Source: an uncultured Candidatus Rokubacteria bacterium
GTDB taxonomy: Bacteria > Methylomirabilota > Methylomirabilia > Rokubacteriales > CSP1-6
Length of the DNA stretch: 64,000 nt
Direction of reading: 5' to 3'
NCBI GenBank assembly: GCA_963762145.1
Contig: CAVXJS010000014.1
Location: 224,001 to 288,000 of the forward strand
Positions 21,003-31,419 of the stretch are shown piece after piece (the stretch's first letter is position 1; each line of letters starts with the position of its first letter). The translations under genes were made by a program, and so were the position numbers. Under the pieces are notes generated by a model, which saw only the letters and a program-made list of their open reading frames with translations, had not been told where the DNA came from and did not search any database.

Positions 21003-21754
21003 GCGGAGCCGACGGCGTCCTGCTGCGCACCGAGAACCTCACCCGCGCCTTCGGCAGCCTGGTGGCGGTCAACAATGTCTCTCTCGCGGTGCGCAAGGGC
21101 GAGCTACGCTCGATCATCGGGCCCAACGGGGCGGGCAAGACCACGTTCTTCCGCCTCGTCTCGGGCGAGATGGCGCCCTCATCCGGGCGCGTGGTCTTCC
21201 AGGAGGCCGACATCACCGGGTTCCCGCAGCACCGGGTGTGCCGGCTCGGCATCGCCAAGTCGTACCAGATCACGAACATCTTCCCGCACCTCTCGGTGCT
21301 CGAGAACGTGCGGGTCGCCGTGCAGGGCTACGCGCGCTCGTTCAACTTCTGGTCGCGCGCGGACGCGCTGACCGCCTGCCAGGAGCGCGCGGTCGAGCTC
21401 CTGGGCACCGTGAGCCTGTCGCGCCGGGCCGAGCAGCTCGCCGCGCATCTCTCCCACGGCGAGAAGCGGCACCTCGAGATCGGCATCGCGCTCGCCTCGG
21501 ATCCGGTGCTGCTGCTGCTGGACGAGCCGACCGCGGGCATGAGCCCGGAGGAGACCGACGAGACGATGGTGCTCATCCGCGCCCTGGCCCGCGACCGCAC
21601 CGTGGTGCTGGTCGAGCACAAGATGAAGCTCGTGATGGGCATCTCCGACCGGGTCACCGTGCTGCACCAGGGCCAGGTGCTGGCCGACGGCACGCCGGAC
21701 GAGATCCGCGCGAACCGCGTCGTGCAGGAGACCTACCTGGGAGCCTCGCGATGA
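20999..21754 (+). CDS. livG: Branched-chain amino acid-type ABC ATPase
   Basis: GPNGAGKTT, LSHGEKR, LLDEPTAG. Confidence 0.88.
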   Translation: MSGADGVLLRTENLTRAFGSLVAVNNVSLAVRKGELRSIIGPNGAGKTTFFRLVSGEMAPSSGRVVFQEADITGFPQHRVCRLGIAKSYQITNIFPHLSVLENVRVAVQGYARSFNFWSRADALTACQERAVELLGTVSLSRRAEQLAAHLSHGEKRHLEIGIALASDPVLLLLDEPTAGMSPEETDETMVLIRALARDRTVVLVEHKMKLVMGISDRVTVLHQGQVLADGTPDEIRANRVVQETYLGASR

Positions 21755-22458
21755 GCCTCCTGGTCGTGGACGACATCCACACGTACTACGGCGAGGCCCA
21801 CATCCTGCAGGGCGTCTCGCTGACGGTGGGCGAGGGCGAGGTCGTGACGATGATCGGGCGGAACGGCGCGGGCAAGACCACCACGCTGCTCTCGATCATG
21901 GGCATCGCGCGGGCCCGGCGCGGCGCGGTGCGGCTGGGCGCCGCCGACATCACCCACCTCGAGACCCACGAGATCGTCCGGCGCGGCATCGGCTGGGTGC
22001 CGGAGGAGCGGCGCGTGCTGCCCAACCTGACCGTGCTCGAGAATCTCCGCCTCGGCATGATGGCGGGCGACGGCGCCGGCGCGGAGCAGCGCCTGGAGGA
22101 GGCGCTCCAGTACTTCCCGCGCCTGCGCGAGCGCATCGCCCAGAAGGGGCGCTTCCTCTCGGGCGGCGAGCAGCAGATGCTCGCGATCGCCCGCGGCCTG
22201 GTGGCACGGCCCAGCATCATGCTGGTGGACGAGCCGACCGAAGGACTCGCGCCGCTGCTCGTGCAGAGCCTCACCGACATCCTGCGCGAGATCAACAAGC
22301 GCGGCACCACCATCCTGCTGGTGGAGCAGACCCTCGAGGTCGCGATGGCCCTCTCGAACCGTTTGTACGTGATGGACCAGGGCCGCATCCAGTTCGAGGG
22401 CACGCCGGACGCGTTGCGGAGAGACCCGACGATCCAGCAGCGGTTCCTCCAGCTTTAG
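21751..22458 (+). CDS. livF: Branched-chain amino acid-type ABC ATPase
   Basis: GRNGAGKTT, LSGGEQQMLAI, DEPTEGLAP. Confidence 0.88.
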   Translation: MSLLVVDDIHTYYGEAHILQGVSLTVGEGEVVTMIGRNGAGKTTTLLSIMGIARARRGAVRLGAADITHLETHEIVRRGIGWVPEERRVLPNLTVLENLRLGMMAGDGAGAEQRLEEALQYFPRLRERIAQKGRFLSGGEQQMLAIARGLVARPSIMLVDEPTEGLAPLLVQSLTDILREINKRGTTILLVEQTLEVAMALSNRLYVMDQGRIQFEGTPDALRRDPTIQQRFLQL

Positions 22459-22548
22459 GCCCCTCACCCCGACCCTCTCCCCAGAGGGGAGAGGGAGACC
22501 AGCGATCATAACCCTCTCCCCTCTGGGGAGAGGGGAGGGTGAGGGGCC
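22459..22548. repeat. BoxC-like palindromic repeat doublet
   Basis: CCCCTCACCCCGACCCTCTCCCC..GGGGAGAGGGGAGGGTGAGGGG. Confidence 0.8.
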
Positions 22549-22589
22549 CGTTCCACGCATTTCCCCTCCAGCCCCGTATACCCATCGTG

Positions 22590-23498
22590 ATGACGACGCG
22601 AGAGTGGGGGCTGATCGGCGTGCTGGCGATCCTGTGGGGCATGTCCTTCTTCTTCAGCAAGGTCGCCCTGGCGGAGCTGCCGCCCTTCACGCTGGTGCTG
22701 GGGCGCTTCGGGATCGCGGCGCTGGCCCTGCTGGTGGCCGCGCGCCTGGGTGGTCACCGCATCCCGCGCTCGCCGCGCGTGTGGGCCGGATTCTTCGCGC
22801 TGGGCGCGCTCAACAGCTTGATCCCGTTCGGGCTCATCGCGTGGGGGCAGGTGCAGCTCACCAGCGGCCTCGCCTCCATCCTGAATGCGACGACGCCGCT
22901 GTTCACCGCGCTGGTCGCGCACGCGTGGGGCGATGAGCGGCTGACGGCCAATCGCATTGCCGGCGTCCTGGTGGGCCTGGTGGGCGTCGGTGTCCTGATC
23001 GGTCCCGGCGCGCTCGAGCATCTGGGCGCGCACACGCTGGCGGAGCTGGCTATTCTCGGCGCGGCTGTCTCCTACGCCTTCGCGGGCAGCTATGGTCGCC
23101 GTTTCCGCAGCATGCCTCCGGTCGTGGCGGTGGCCGGCATGATGAGCACCGCGGCGATCATGGCGCTGCCGTTCGCGCTGGCGATGGACCGGCCGTGGAC
23201 GCTCGCGGTGGGCGCGCGGACGTGGGCCGCGCTGCTTGGCCTGGCCTTGCTCAGCACCGCGCTCGGCTTCGTGATCTATTTCCGCGTGCTGGCCACCGCC
23301 GGCGCCACGAATGTCATGCTCGTGACCCTGCTCATGCCGGTCGTCGCGCTTCTGGCCGGTTCCCTGATCCTGGCCGAGCCGGTGACGGGCGCCGCCCTCG
23401 CGGGCATGGCACTCATCGGCGCTGGCCTGCTGGCGATCGACGGCCGCCTGCTCGGTGCCCGGCACGCCGCCGACCCGCCGGCGTCGAAGGCGGCGTGA
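22590..23498 (+). CDS. DMT/EamA family transporter
   Basis: LWGMSFFF, GLASILNATTPLFT; about 10 TM helices. Confidence 0.88.
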   Translation: MTTREWGLIGVLAILWGMSFFFSKVALAELPPFTLVLGRFGIAALALLVAARLGGHRIPRSPRVWAGFFALGALNSLIPFGLIAWGQVQLTSGLASILNATTPLFTALVAHAWGDERLTANRIAGVLVGLVGVGVLIGPGALEHLGAHTLAELAILGAAVSYAFAGSYGRRFRSMPPVVAVAGMMSTAAIMALPFALAMDRPWTLAVGARTWAALLGLALLSTALGFVIYFRVLATAGATNVMLVTLLMPVVALLAGSLILAEPVTGAALAGMALIGAGLLAIDGRLLGARHAADPPASKAA

Positions 23499-24705
23499 TG
23501 GCGACCTCGGGGTTCCCGCGGCTGGCATGGTCGAACCTGGCCGCGCAGTCGGCCGAGCAGATCGGTCTGGCCGCGGCGCCGCTCGTGGCGGTGCTCGCGC
23601 TCGGCGCGGGCGCGGGCGGGACCGGATTCCTTCAGACCGCGGCGACGCTGCCGTTCCTGCTCCTGGCCATTCCCGCGGGGGTGCTCGCCGATCGCATGCC
23701 GCGGCGCCGGCTGATGGCCGCCTCGGAGGCGGTGCGCGCCCTCGCGCTGGTGGGCACGCTCGCGCTCGCGCAATCCGGTCGGCTGACCTTGGCGCTGCTC
23801 GCGCTGCTCGCCTTCGTGGGCGCGTGCGGGACGGTCGCCTACAGCGTGGCCGCCCCCGCGCTGGTGCCGGCCCTGGTGCCGCCGGCCGGGCTCGCGGCCG
23901 CGAACGCGCGGCTCGAGCTGGCGCGCACGGTGGCCTTCATGGGCGGCCCCGCGCTCGCCGGCGCGCTCGTGGCGTGGTCGGGGGCGGTCACCGCGTTCGC
24001 GGTCGCGGGCGCCCTCTCGATCGGCGCGGTCTTCCTGCTCGCCGGGTTGCGCGAGCCGGCGCGCCCGCCCGCGCCGGCCGGGCACCCACTCGGTGATCTG
24101 CGCGAGGGCGTGGCCTTCACGTTCCGCCATTCGCTGCTGCTGCCGATCCTGATCACCCAGTTCGTGTTCAACACCGCGTTCTTCGTGCTGCAGGCGGTGT
24201 ACGTGCCGTACGCGGTGCACGGCTCGGGCTTTCCGCCTCCGGCGTGGGGCTGACGCTCGCGATCTACGGCGTGGGGATGGTGGTCGGGGCGCTCCTGGCC
24301 GGCCGGGCGATCCGGGCGCTGCCCTTCGGCGTGGTGATCGTGATCGGCCCCATCGCCGGGCTGGCCGCCGCGCTCGTCATGGTCGCCACGATCTGGGTGC
24401 CCACCCCGCTCCTGGCCGGGTTCAGCTTCTTCCTGATCGGGGTCGGGCCGATCCTGTGGACCATCAGCACCACCACGCTGCGCCAGATGGTGACGCCGTC
24501 ATTCTTGCTCGGCCGCGTGTCCGCGATCAACATCGCGGTGTACGGCTCGCGGCCGCTGGGCGCGGCCCTCGGGGCGCTGGTCGGCGGGCTCTACGGCGCG
24601 GAGACCGCCCTTGCGGTCGCGGCGGTGGGGTTCCTGGCGCAGGCGATCGTCATCCTCGTGTCGCCGGTGCGGAATCTGGTCCGCCAGTCTGACCTGGCCG
24701 CCTAG
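23498..24705 (+). CDS. MFS transporter (frameshift near 24225)
   Basis: GVLADRMPRRRLM motif A; continues in ORF 24244-24705 (TTLRQ..LLGRVSA). Confidence 0.8.
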
Positions 24706-24800
24706 CCACACCGTCCTTGAGCGAAGAACGGCGCGGACGAGGTGGTCTCGCCCGCGCCGCCCTGAGGTCCGGAGCGGGTTAGCTGGAGCTAGCTCCGGCT

Positions 24801-25184
24801 CTACACCTCGCTGGGCATCGCCTGAATCTCGGTGGCGATGAGCCGACCGTCCCGGGTCACGTAGGACGCCTTCACCTTGGCGCCCTCGCGGATCCCGGCC
24901 AGGGTCGAGTCACGCCCGTCGACGCTGATCCGTGTGTCAGGGGAGACCTCCAGCGTCTTGCCGAACCACCCGAACAGGCCCGACGAGACGCGCATCTTGC
25001 TGCTCGCCGGATCGACCTTGCTCACCGTGCCTTCTACCGTCCCGGTCGTCGTGGGCGCCAGCTCGCCGGCGGGACGCTCCACGCCGGGGCTGGGCCTCGG
25101 CGTCGGCGTCTGGGCCCAGCCGGTTCCGGTCGCCACTGCCATCATCGCCACTCCCACCATCGTCGTGCGCACGCGGGTTCCCAT
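24801..25184 (-). CDS. Small secreted OB-fold-like protein (DUF5666/DUF1344-like)
   Basis: RBS AAAGGAG; signal peptide; VEGTVSKVDP..TRISVDG..IREGAKVKASY. Confidence 0.7.
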   Translation of the reverse strand: MGTRVRTTMVGVAMMAVATGTGWAQTPTPRPSPGVERPAGELAPTTTGTVEGTVSKVDPASSKMRVSSGLFGWFGKTLEVSPDTRISVDGRDSTLAGIREGAKVKASYVTRDGRLIATEIQAMPSEV

Positions 25185-25234
25185 CCTGAATTCTCCTTTC
25201 CGTGTCGTTCTCGCGACTTACCAGGGATGAGTGC

Positions 25235-25251
25235 CGCATGGTGCGTGCCAG
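25235..25251 (-). promoter_or_regulatory. sigma54-type -24/-12 promoter
   Basis: Minus strand CTGGCACGCACCATGCG (GG-10 nt-GC), 51 nt before ATG 25184. Confidence 0.5.
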
Positions 25252-25368
25252 GGCCGCTCGGTCCCTGAGGTTCCGGGGTCGAGCGCGAGATGGGGGAGAT
25301 GGCGCCCCGGCGAGCCGACAGGCTTACCGAGCACTTCTTACAGCGCGCCCCTGATCGGGGTGCTGCGA

Positions 25369-26445
25369 TCAGGCGACGGAAGCTTTTTCCAGCGGCGGCC
25401 GGAACTCCGGCATGACCTTCTCGGCGAACAGCCGCAGGCTCTGCATCGCCTTCTCGTGGCCGTAGTACGGCGGGTAGTGGAGCAGCAGCGAGGTGAGCCC
25501 GGTCTTGTGGCGCAGCTCGCGCAGCTTGGCGATCACGGTGGTGGGCGAGCCGTGCAGGAGCGTGGTGGCGGCCAGGTCGTCGTAGGTGAGCCCCTCCGCG
25601 CGATTCTTCTCCGAGACGTTGCCGAGGTAGCCCGCGGTGCCCGCGCCCATGAAGTGGCTGATGTGGCGGACGATGCCCTGCTCGGTGTCGCGCTTGGCCG
25701 CCGCGTCGCTCTCGGCCACGTAGACCCAGCGCGCGATGTCCACCTTGCCGAAGGCCGGGTTCCGGTCGAGCGGCGCCGGCGCGTCCTTCAGGTGGCTCTT
25801 GTAGAGGCCGATCTGCTTGGCCAGGGTCTCGGCGGACGGAAGCGTGGACAGCATGAGGCCGAAGCCATGTCGCGCGGCGTAGCCGAGCGACCGGTCGGTG
25901 GCGCCCGCCATGAAGAGCGGCGGGTGCGGCTCCTGCTGGCTCACCGGGAAGATCTCGTAGTCGCCCTCGATCACCGAGCGGAAGTTCGGGCCCTCGTGCC
26001 GGGTCCGGCGCTTGTGCAGGAGCTCGAGGATCAGGTCGATCGCTTCTTCCTGGACGTCGCGGCGGGCGTCGAAATCGCGGCCGAAGCCCTCGAACTCGTA
26101 CGGGCGGTAGCCGGAGCCCAGGCCCAGGACGACGCGGCCCCCCGAGAGGATGTCCACGAAGGCCATGTTCTCGACGACGCGGATGGGGTCGTAGAGCGGG
26201 ACGGTCACCACCGCGGTGCCCAGGCGGATGCGCGAAGTTTGGGCAGCCAGGTACCCCATGCAGGTGAAGACGTCCGGCATGATCCCGTACTGGTTCGAGA
26301 AATGGTGCTCGGCGACCCAGGCCGTGTCGTAGCCCAGGCGGTCGGCGGCCTGGATCTCGGCGGTGACGCGGGCGTGGACGGCGCGGTGCGGGTAGGGCTC
26401 GGTGGCGTGGTTGGGGTGCGACGTGAACAGGACGCCGAATTCCAT
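25369..26445 (-). CDS. LLM-class flavin-dependent oxidoreductase
   Basis: LGYDTAWVAEHHF, GRVVLGLGSGY, SLRLFAEKVMP. Confidence 0.9.
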   Translation of the reverse strand: MEFGVLFTSHPNHATEPYPHRAVHARVTAEIQAADRLGYDTAWVAEHHFSNQYGIMPDVFTCMGYLAAQTSRIRLGTAVVTVPLYDPIRVVENMAFVDILSGGRVVLGLGSGYRPYEFEGFGRDFDARRDVQEEAIDLILELLHKRRTRHEGPNFRSVIEGDYEIFPVSQQEPHPPLFMAGATDRSLGYAARHGFGLMLSTLPSAETLAKQIGLYKSHLKDAPAPLDRNPAFGKVDIARWVYVAESDAAAKRDTEQGIVRHISHFMGAGTAGYLGNVSEKNRAEGLTYDDLAATTLLHGSPTTVIAKLRELRHKTGLTSLLLHYPPYYGHEKAMQSLRLFAEKVMPEFRPPLEKASVA

Positions 26446-26614
26446 GCGGGAGCCTCCGGACGTGGATTGGGCAATGGGGCGTGAGTTGGCGTCGAGTCTA
26501 GCAGAAAGCGTCTTGCCAGGGACCGGGCGGGTCGTGGTATCTTCCGTGGACTTAACGCCCTCGGTCCGGACTCAGACGCGTCCCGAAGTGGAGACCCCAA
26601 AGGAGGGGAACGCC

Positions 26615-28301
26615 ATGGCCGATTCGGTTCCTTACAAGTCCAGAGCCCGCAAGAATGGGGTGAGTCGTCGGTCCTTCCTCAAGACCCTCGGCGTCGCCGG
26701 GGCGCGCGAGCACCGCGCCGGCGTTCCTCCGCTCCCGCGGACGCGCAGGAGACTCTGACTCCGTACCGTGACCCCGCCGCCAAGCGCGGCGGCACCCTGC
26801 GCTACGGCGTCCACACCGCCCCCGCCCACTTCGACGTGCACCAGTCGGGGACGGTGGCGAACATCGGCGCGCAGAGCCCGATGTACGACACCCTGCTCCG
26901 GCGCGACCCGCGTGACGGGCAGACGATCATCCCGGACCTGGCCTTCAAGTGGGACGTCGCCCCGGACGGCAAGAAGTACACCTTCCATCTCCGCAAGGGC
27001 GTCAAGTTCCACGACGGCGCCGACTTCACCGCGGAGGACGTCAAGGCGACCTACGACCGGATCATCCACCCGCCCAAGGGCGTGGTGATCCCGCGCTCCT
27101 CGCTGTTCACCGCGGTCGGCGAGGTCGTGGTGCTGGACCCGCACCGCATCGAGTTCCGGCTCACCGAGCCGCGGCCCCGTCCGTTCATGCTGGGCGCCTT
27201 CGCGAGCGGCTGGAACATCATCGTGCGCAAGAAGACCCTCGACGACAACCAGGGCAACCTCCGCCAGGTGATGAACTACCCGGGCACCGGGCCTTTCAAG
27301 CACGTCTCGCGGAAGGACAAGGAAGTCTGGAACATGGAGAGGAACCCCAACTACTGGAACAAGGGGCTGCCGTACGTCGACAAGCTCGAGGTCTACCACA
27401 TGCCGCCGTTCTCGCCGGAGCTGGGCGCGGCGTTCCTGTCCGGCAAGCTCGACTACGCGCGGCTGCTGGACCCGGTGTCGTGGCGCAAGGCCAAGGAGAT
27501 GCCGGGCGTGACCGCGGCCGCCTTCAACCAGTCGCGTGGTCCAGGCGGTCTTCTTCAACCAGAAGAAGAACAAGGCGCTGCAGGATCCGCGGGTGCGCCG
27601 GGCCATGCACCTGGCGCTGGACAAGCACGTGCTGGTGGATGTGGTCAAGGACACCGCGCCCATGCAGATCGGGGGCATGGTGTATCCGTTCCACGAGATG
27701 TCCACCCCGAAGGCGGAGCTGGAGAAGCGGCTCGGCTACCAGAAGGACCCGAAGGCCGCGATCCAGGAAGCCAAGAAGCTCATGCAGGCGGCCGGCTACG
27801 GCCAGGGGCTCAAGAACCTCGACTTCCTGGTGCGCGAGGCCAACACCTTCAAGCTCTGGGCGGTCGCCATCCAGGCCATGCTGAAGGAGCATCTCAACGT
27901 CGAGACCAACATCCGGGTGGTCCAGATCTCCCAGTGGTTCGAGGAGGCGGCCGCCGGCAACTTCGACCTGGCCATCAGCGCGATCGTGTCCTCGCTGATG
28001 GACCCGTCCGACTACTTCACCGCGTGGTACGGCAAGGAAGGCCCGCAGAACTACTCGAGCTGGACCAACGAGCAGTTCCACGCGCTCGCGCGGAACATCG
28101 AGCGGGAGGTGGACGACAACAAGCGCAAGACCATGGTCCGGCAGGCGGAGGACATGCTGGAGGCCGACCCGCCGCTGATCCCGGTGTCGTACGAGCAGAT
28201 CTACGACGCCTGGTACAACAAGGTGCGCGGCCAGAACCCGCAGCACCTACTTCGGCATCTACGACGTGGTGCGCTGGGACCAGGTCTGGATGCAGTCCTA
28301 G
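26615..28301 (+). CDS. Peptide/nickel ABC substrate-binding protein, family 5, Tat-exported (frameshifts near 26700, 27535, 28240)
   Basis: AGGAGG RBS; SRRSFLK; PKRGGTLRYG; YTFHLRKGVKFHDG; GTGPF; DPRVRRAMHLALD. Confidence 0.8.
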
Positions 28302-28317
28302 ACCCGGACTCTCGCTC

Positions 28318-29275
28318 GTGCAGAAGTACCTGCTGCGGAGGGCGTTTTTCGCCCTGGGCACCTTGATCGGGGTCTCCCTGATCATCTTCGTGGTGCTGCG
28401 CATCCTGCCGGGCGATCCGCTGGTGGCCATCCTCGGCGTCGAAGGCCACGCCAAGATGGCGCCGGCGGATCGCGCGGCCATCATGCGGGATCTCGGCCTG
28501 TCCGACTCGCTGCCGGTGCAGTACGTGCGCTGGATGCGGGACATCGCCACCGGAGAGCTCGGCAAGTCGTTCTTCCGTGGCGACACCGTGCCGTGACCTC
28601 ATCCTCCACCGGGGGCCGCTCTCCGCGGAGATCGCGGTCCTCGCGCTGATCATTTCGTGGTTGGTCGGCCTGCCGGTGGGCATCTTCAGCGCGATCCGCC
28701 CCAACGGCTGGGCCGACGCGGTGGTGCGCTCGCTCTCGGTCCTCTTCATCGCGGTGCCCGGGTTCTGGCTCGGGCTCCTGATCGTTCTGGCCCTGCTTTT
28801 CTGGTTCGGCTACAAGGCGCCGATCATCATCGTGCAGCTCTGGGAGAACCCCTGGCAGAACTTCCAGCTCATCATCGGACCTGCGATGGTGCTCGGCCTG
28901 GCCCAGGGCGCCTACATCGCCCGCATGGCCCGCTCCTGCCTGCTGGAGGTGATCCGCGAGGACTACGTGCGCACCGCGCGGGCGAAGGGCACGCTGGAGC
29001 GCTCGGTGGTGTTGCACCACGCGCTGCCCAACGCGCTCCTGCCCGTGATCACCATCTCCGGCGTGCTGCTGGGGTTCGTGCTCGGCGGCTCGGTGGCGGT
29101 CGAGCAGGCCTTCGGCGTGCCCGGGCTCGGCCGGGCTCTCGTGGTGGCCATCGTCGAGCGCGACATCATCGTGGTGCAGAATCTCGTGCTGCTCTACGCG
29201 GGGATCTTCGTGCTGGTCAACGTCCTGGTGGATATGAGCTACGCCTGGCTCGATCCTCGGATCCGGTACCAGTAG
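28318..29275 (+). CDS. Peptide ABC permease, DppB-like (frameshift near 28590)
   Basis: YLLRR..LPGDP..LGKSF; EDYVRTARAKG; WLDPRIRY. Confidence 0.82.
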
Positions 29276-29283
29276 GCGTCCCC

Positions 29284-30216
29284 ATGCCAAGTCATGCGAT
29301 CCGCGAGCTCGGGGGCTTCGCCCGCCGCAACAAGCTGTCGGTCCTCGGCGGCCTCGTCGGCTTGCTGGTCGTCTTGGTTGCCCTCACCGCGCCCTGGATC
29401 GCGCCGCGCGATCCGCTGAAGGCGGACTTCCGGCGGATGAACAAGCCGCCCGACACGCAGTCCTTTTTCGGCACCGACCAGGTGGGCCGTGACACGCTGA
29501 GCCGGGTGATGTACGGGGCGCGCACCTCGCTCTTCGTGGCGTTCGCCGCGGTGCTGCTCGGCACCACGGTGGGCTCGCTCTGGGGCGTGGCCTGCGGCTA
29601 CCTGGGCGGCCGCTTCGATCTGGTCAGCCAGCGGATCATGGAGGTCTTGCAGGCGTTTCCGGACCTCATCCTGGCCATGGCGATCTCGATGGCCATCGGG
29701 ACCGGTCTGCCCGCGGTCATCGCGGCCATCGCGGTCACCCGCATTCCGTTCGGCGGACGCGTGATCCGCTCGGTGGCCATCAGCGTGCGCGAGATGCCGT
29801 TCGTCGAGGCCGGTCGGGCAGCCGGCGCCTCGCAGCTCCGGGTCATGACCCTGCACGTGCTGCCGCAGTGCGTGGCTCCCTACCTGGTCCTCGCCACCAC
29901 CCACCTGGGCGTCGCGATCGTCATCGAGGCCGCGCTCGGGTTCCTCGGCGTCGGTGTCCCGCCCCCGACGCCGACCTGGGGCAACATGCTGGCGGACGCG
30001 ATCACCGGCCTCATCCCGCACTGGTGGCTGGTGCTGTTCCCCGGCCTGGCGATCACCGTCACCGTGCTCGCGTTCAACCTGCTCGGCGACGGCATCCGCG
30101 ACACGCTGGACCCGAAGCTCTCGCCGGCGGTGCTTCGCCTCGTGACCGGCTCCGGCAAGTCCCAGGCCACGCCCGCCCCCGCCACGGTAGGCAAGCCCTC
30201 CGACGCGACCGCCTAG
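29284..30216 (+). CDS. Peptide ABC permease, DppC-like
   Basis: FGTDQVGRDTLSRVMYGAR; PTWGNML; NLLGDGIRDTLDP. Confidence 0.88.
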   Translation: MPSHAIRELGGFARRNKLSVLGGLVGLLVVLVALTAPWIAPRDPLKADFRRMNKPPDTQSFFGTDQVGRDTLSRVMYGARTSLFVAFAAVLLGTTVGSLWGVACGYLGGRFDLVSQRIMEVLQAFPDLILAMAISMAIGTGLPAVIAAIAVTRIPFGGRVIRSVAISVREMPFVEAGRAAGASQLRVMTLHVLPQCVAPYLVLATTHLGVAIVIEAALGFLGVGVPPPTPTWGNMLADAITGLIPHWWLVLFPGLAITVTVLAFNLLGDGIRDTLDPKLSPAVLRLVTGSGKSQATPAPATVGKPSDATA

Positions 30217-30223
30217 GCCGGGC

Positions 30224-30934
30224 GTGGACTTGACCGCGCCGGAACGGCTGACCGTTGCCAGCTACAACATTCACCGCTGTTACGGCCGCGACGGGCGTTG
30301 CATGCCGGGCCGCATCGCGGACGTGCTGCGCGAGCTCCGCGCGGACGTGGTCGCGATCCAGGAAATTGAAACCCAGGCCGAGGGCGGGGTCGGGCTCCTC
30401 GAGGATCTGGCGCGGGAGACGGGCTCGACCATGATCCCGGGACCGACCATGTTCCGATCCGGCGCCCACTACGGCAACGCGATCCTGACCCGGCTCCCGG
30501 TCAAGAGCGTCGCGCAGGTCGATCTCAGCGTGCCGGGGCGCGAGCCGAGGGGCGCGATCGACGTCCGGCTCGACGCGGGCGCCGGCATCCTCCGGGTGTG
30601 CGCCTCGCATCTTGGGCTCCGGCCCGCCGAGCGGCGGACGCAGGTCAAGCAGCTGCTGATGCAGCTGGCCACCGAGCCGGGGGATATCGACGTGCTGATC
30701 GGCGACATCAACGAGTGGCTCCTTTGGGGCCGGCCGGTGCGCTGGCTCCACCGGTTCTTCGTCAAGCCGCCGGCCCCCGCGACCTTCCCGTCGCGCTGGC
30801 CGCTTCTGGCCCTCGACCGCATCTGGGTGCGGCCGCGGCGACGGCTCGAGCGCGTGTTCGTGCACCGGAGCCCGACCGCGCGCGTGGCCTCCGACCACCT
30901 GCCCGTGGTGGCCTGGCTCACGCCCCCCGCCTAG
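30224..30934 (+). CDS. Endonuclease/exonuclease/phosphatase family protein
   Basis: SYNIH, IQE, GNAILT, GDINEW, LDRI, SDHLP. Confidence 0.9.
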   Translation: MDLTAPERLTVASYNIHRCYGRDGRCMPGRIADVLRELRADVVAIQEIETQAEGGVGLLEDLARETGSTMIPGPTMFRSGAHYGNAILTRLPVKSVAQVDLSVPGREPRGAIDVRLDAGAGILRVCASHLGLRPAERRTQVKQLLMQLATEPGDIDVLIGDINEWLLWGRPVRWLHRFFVKPPAPATFPSRWPLLALDRIWVRPRRRLERVFVHRSPTARVASDHLPVVAWLTPPA

Positions 30935-31029
30935 GCCGGGGTCACGCCTAGGCCGGGGTCAGGTCTTACATTCCGACATTTCGCCTGGCCGCTACGCGGC
31001 CAAATGTCGGAATGTAAGACCTGACCCCG
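30928..31029. repeat. REPIN-like perfect 28-bp inverted repeat with an adjacent 17-bp tandem duplication
   Basis: CGGGGTCAGGTCTTACATTCCGACATTT(30954-81) and its exact reverse complement (31002-29); CGCCTAGGCCGGGGTCA x2 at 30928-30961. Confidence 0.9.
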
Positions 31030-31419
31030 TCAGAGGGGCTTGCAGCCGGGGCGGTCGTAGCGGTGGAACTCGCCCCGCGCGTTGATGGCCACGCGGATGC
31101 TCGGCGTGGTGCCCACCGGCTCCAGATGGTGCCAGAGGTGCTTCGGCCCGAAGACGAAGTCGCCCGCGCGCGCGTGAATCGGCGCGGTCTGCCCCTCGAT
31201 GTACCAGTCGATCTCGCCCTGCAGCACCACCCACCACTCGTCGTGATGATGGTAGTGCGTGTCATTGGGCTGGCCGGGCGGGTGGCAGATCAGGAAGGCC
31301 TGGATGTCGTCGGTCAGCACCACCGCCTCCGACCAGGGCGGCGCGCCCTTCCTGGCGATGAGCTCGGGCAGGCGGCTCTGGAGCGAGCCGATCTGGAGCA
31401 GCGGGATCCGTTCGGTCAT
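31030..31419 (-). CDS. Cupin domain protein
   Basis: HYHHHDEWWVVLQG; GDFVFGPKHLWH. Confidence 0.85.
   Translation of the reverse strand: MTERIPLLQIGSLQSRLPELIARKGAPPWSEAVVLTDDIQAFLICHPPGQPNDTHYHHHDEWWVVLQGEIDWYIEGQTAPIHARAGDFVFGPKHLWHHLEPVGTTPSIRVAINARGEFHRYDRPGCKPL

Noticed and set aside
26615-30216. Peptide ABC operon lacking DppD/F ATPases
   Set aside because: ATPase sharing among peptide ABC systems is common, so this is not distinctive on its own.
30224-31029. EEP nuclease plus adjacent palindrome as a mobile or defence unit
   Set aside because: The protein looks like an ordinary YbhP-like EEP hydrolase, and nothing beyond adjacency links it to the repeat.
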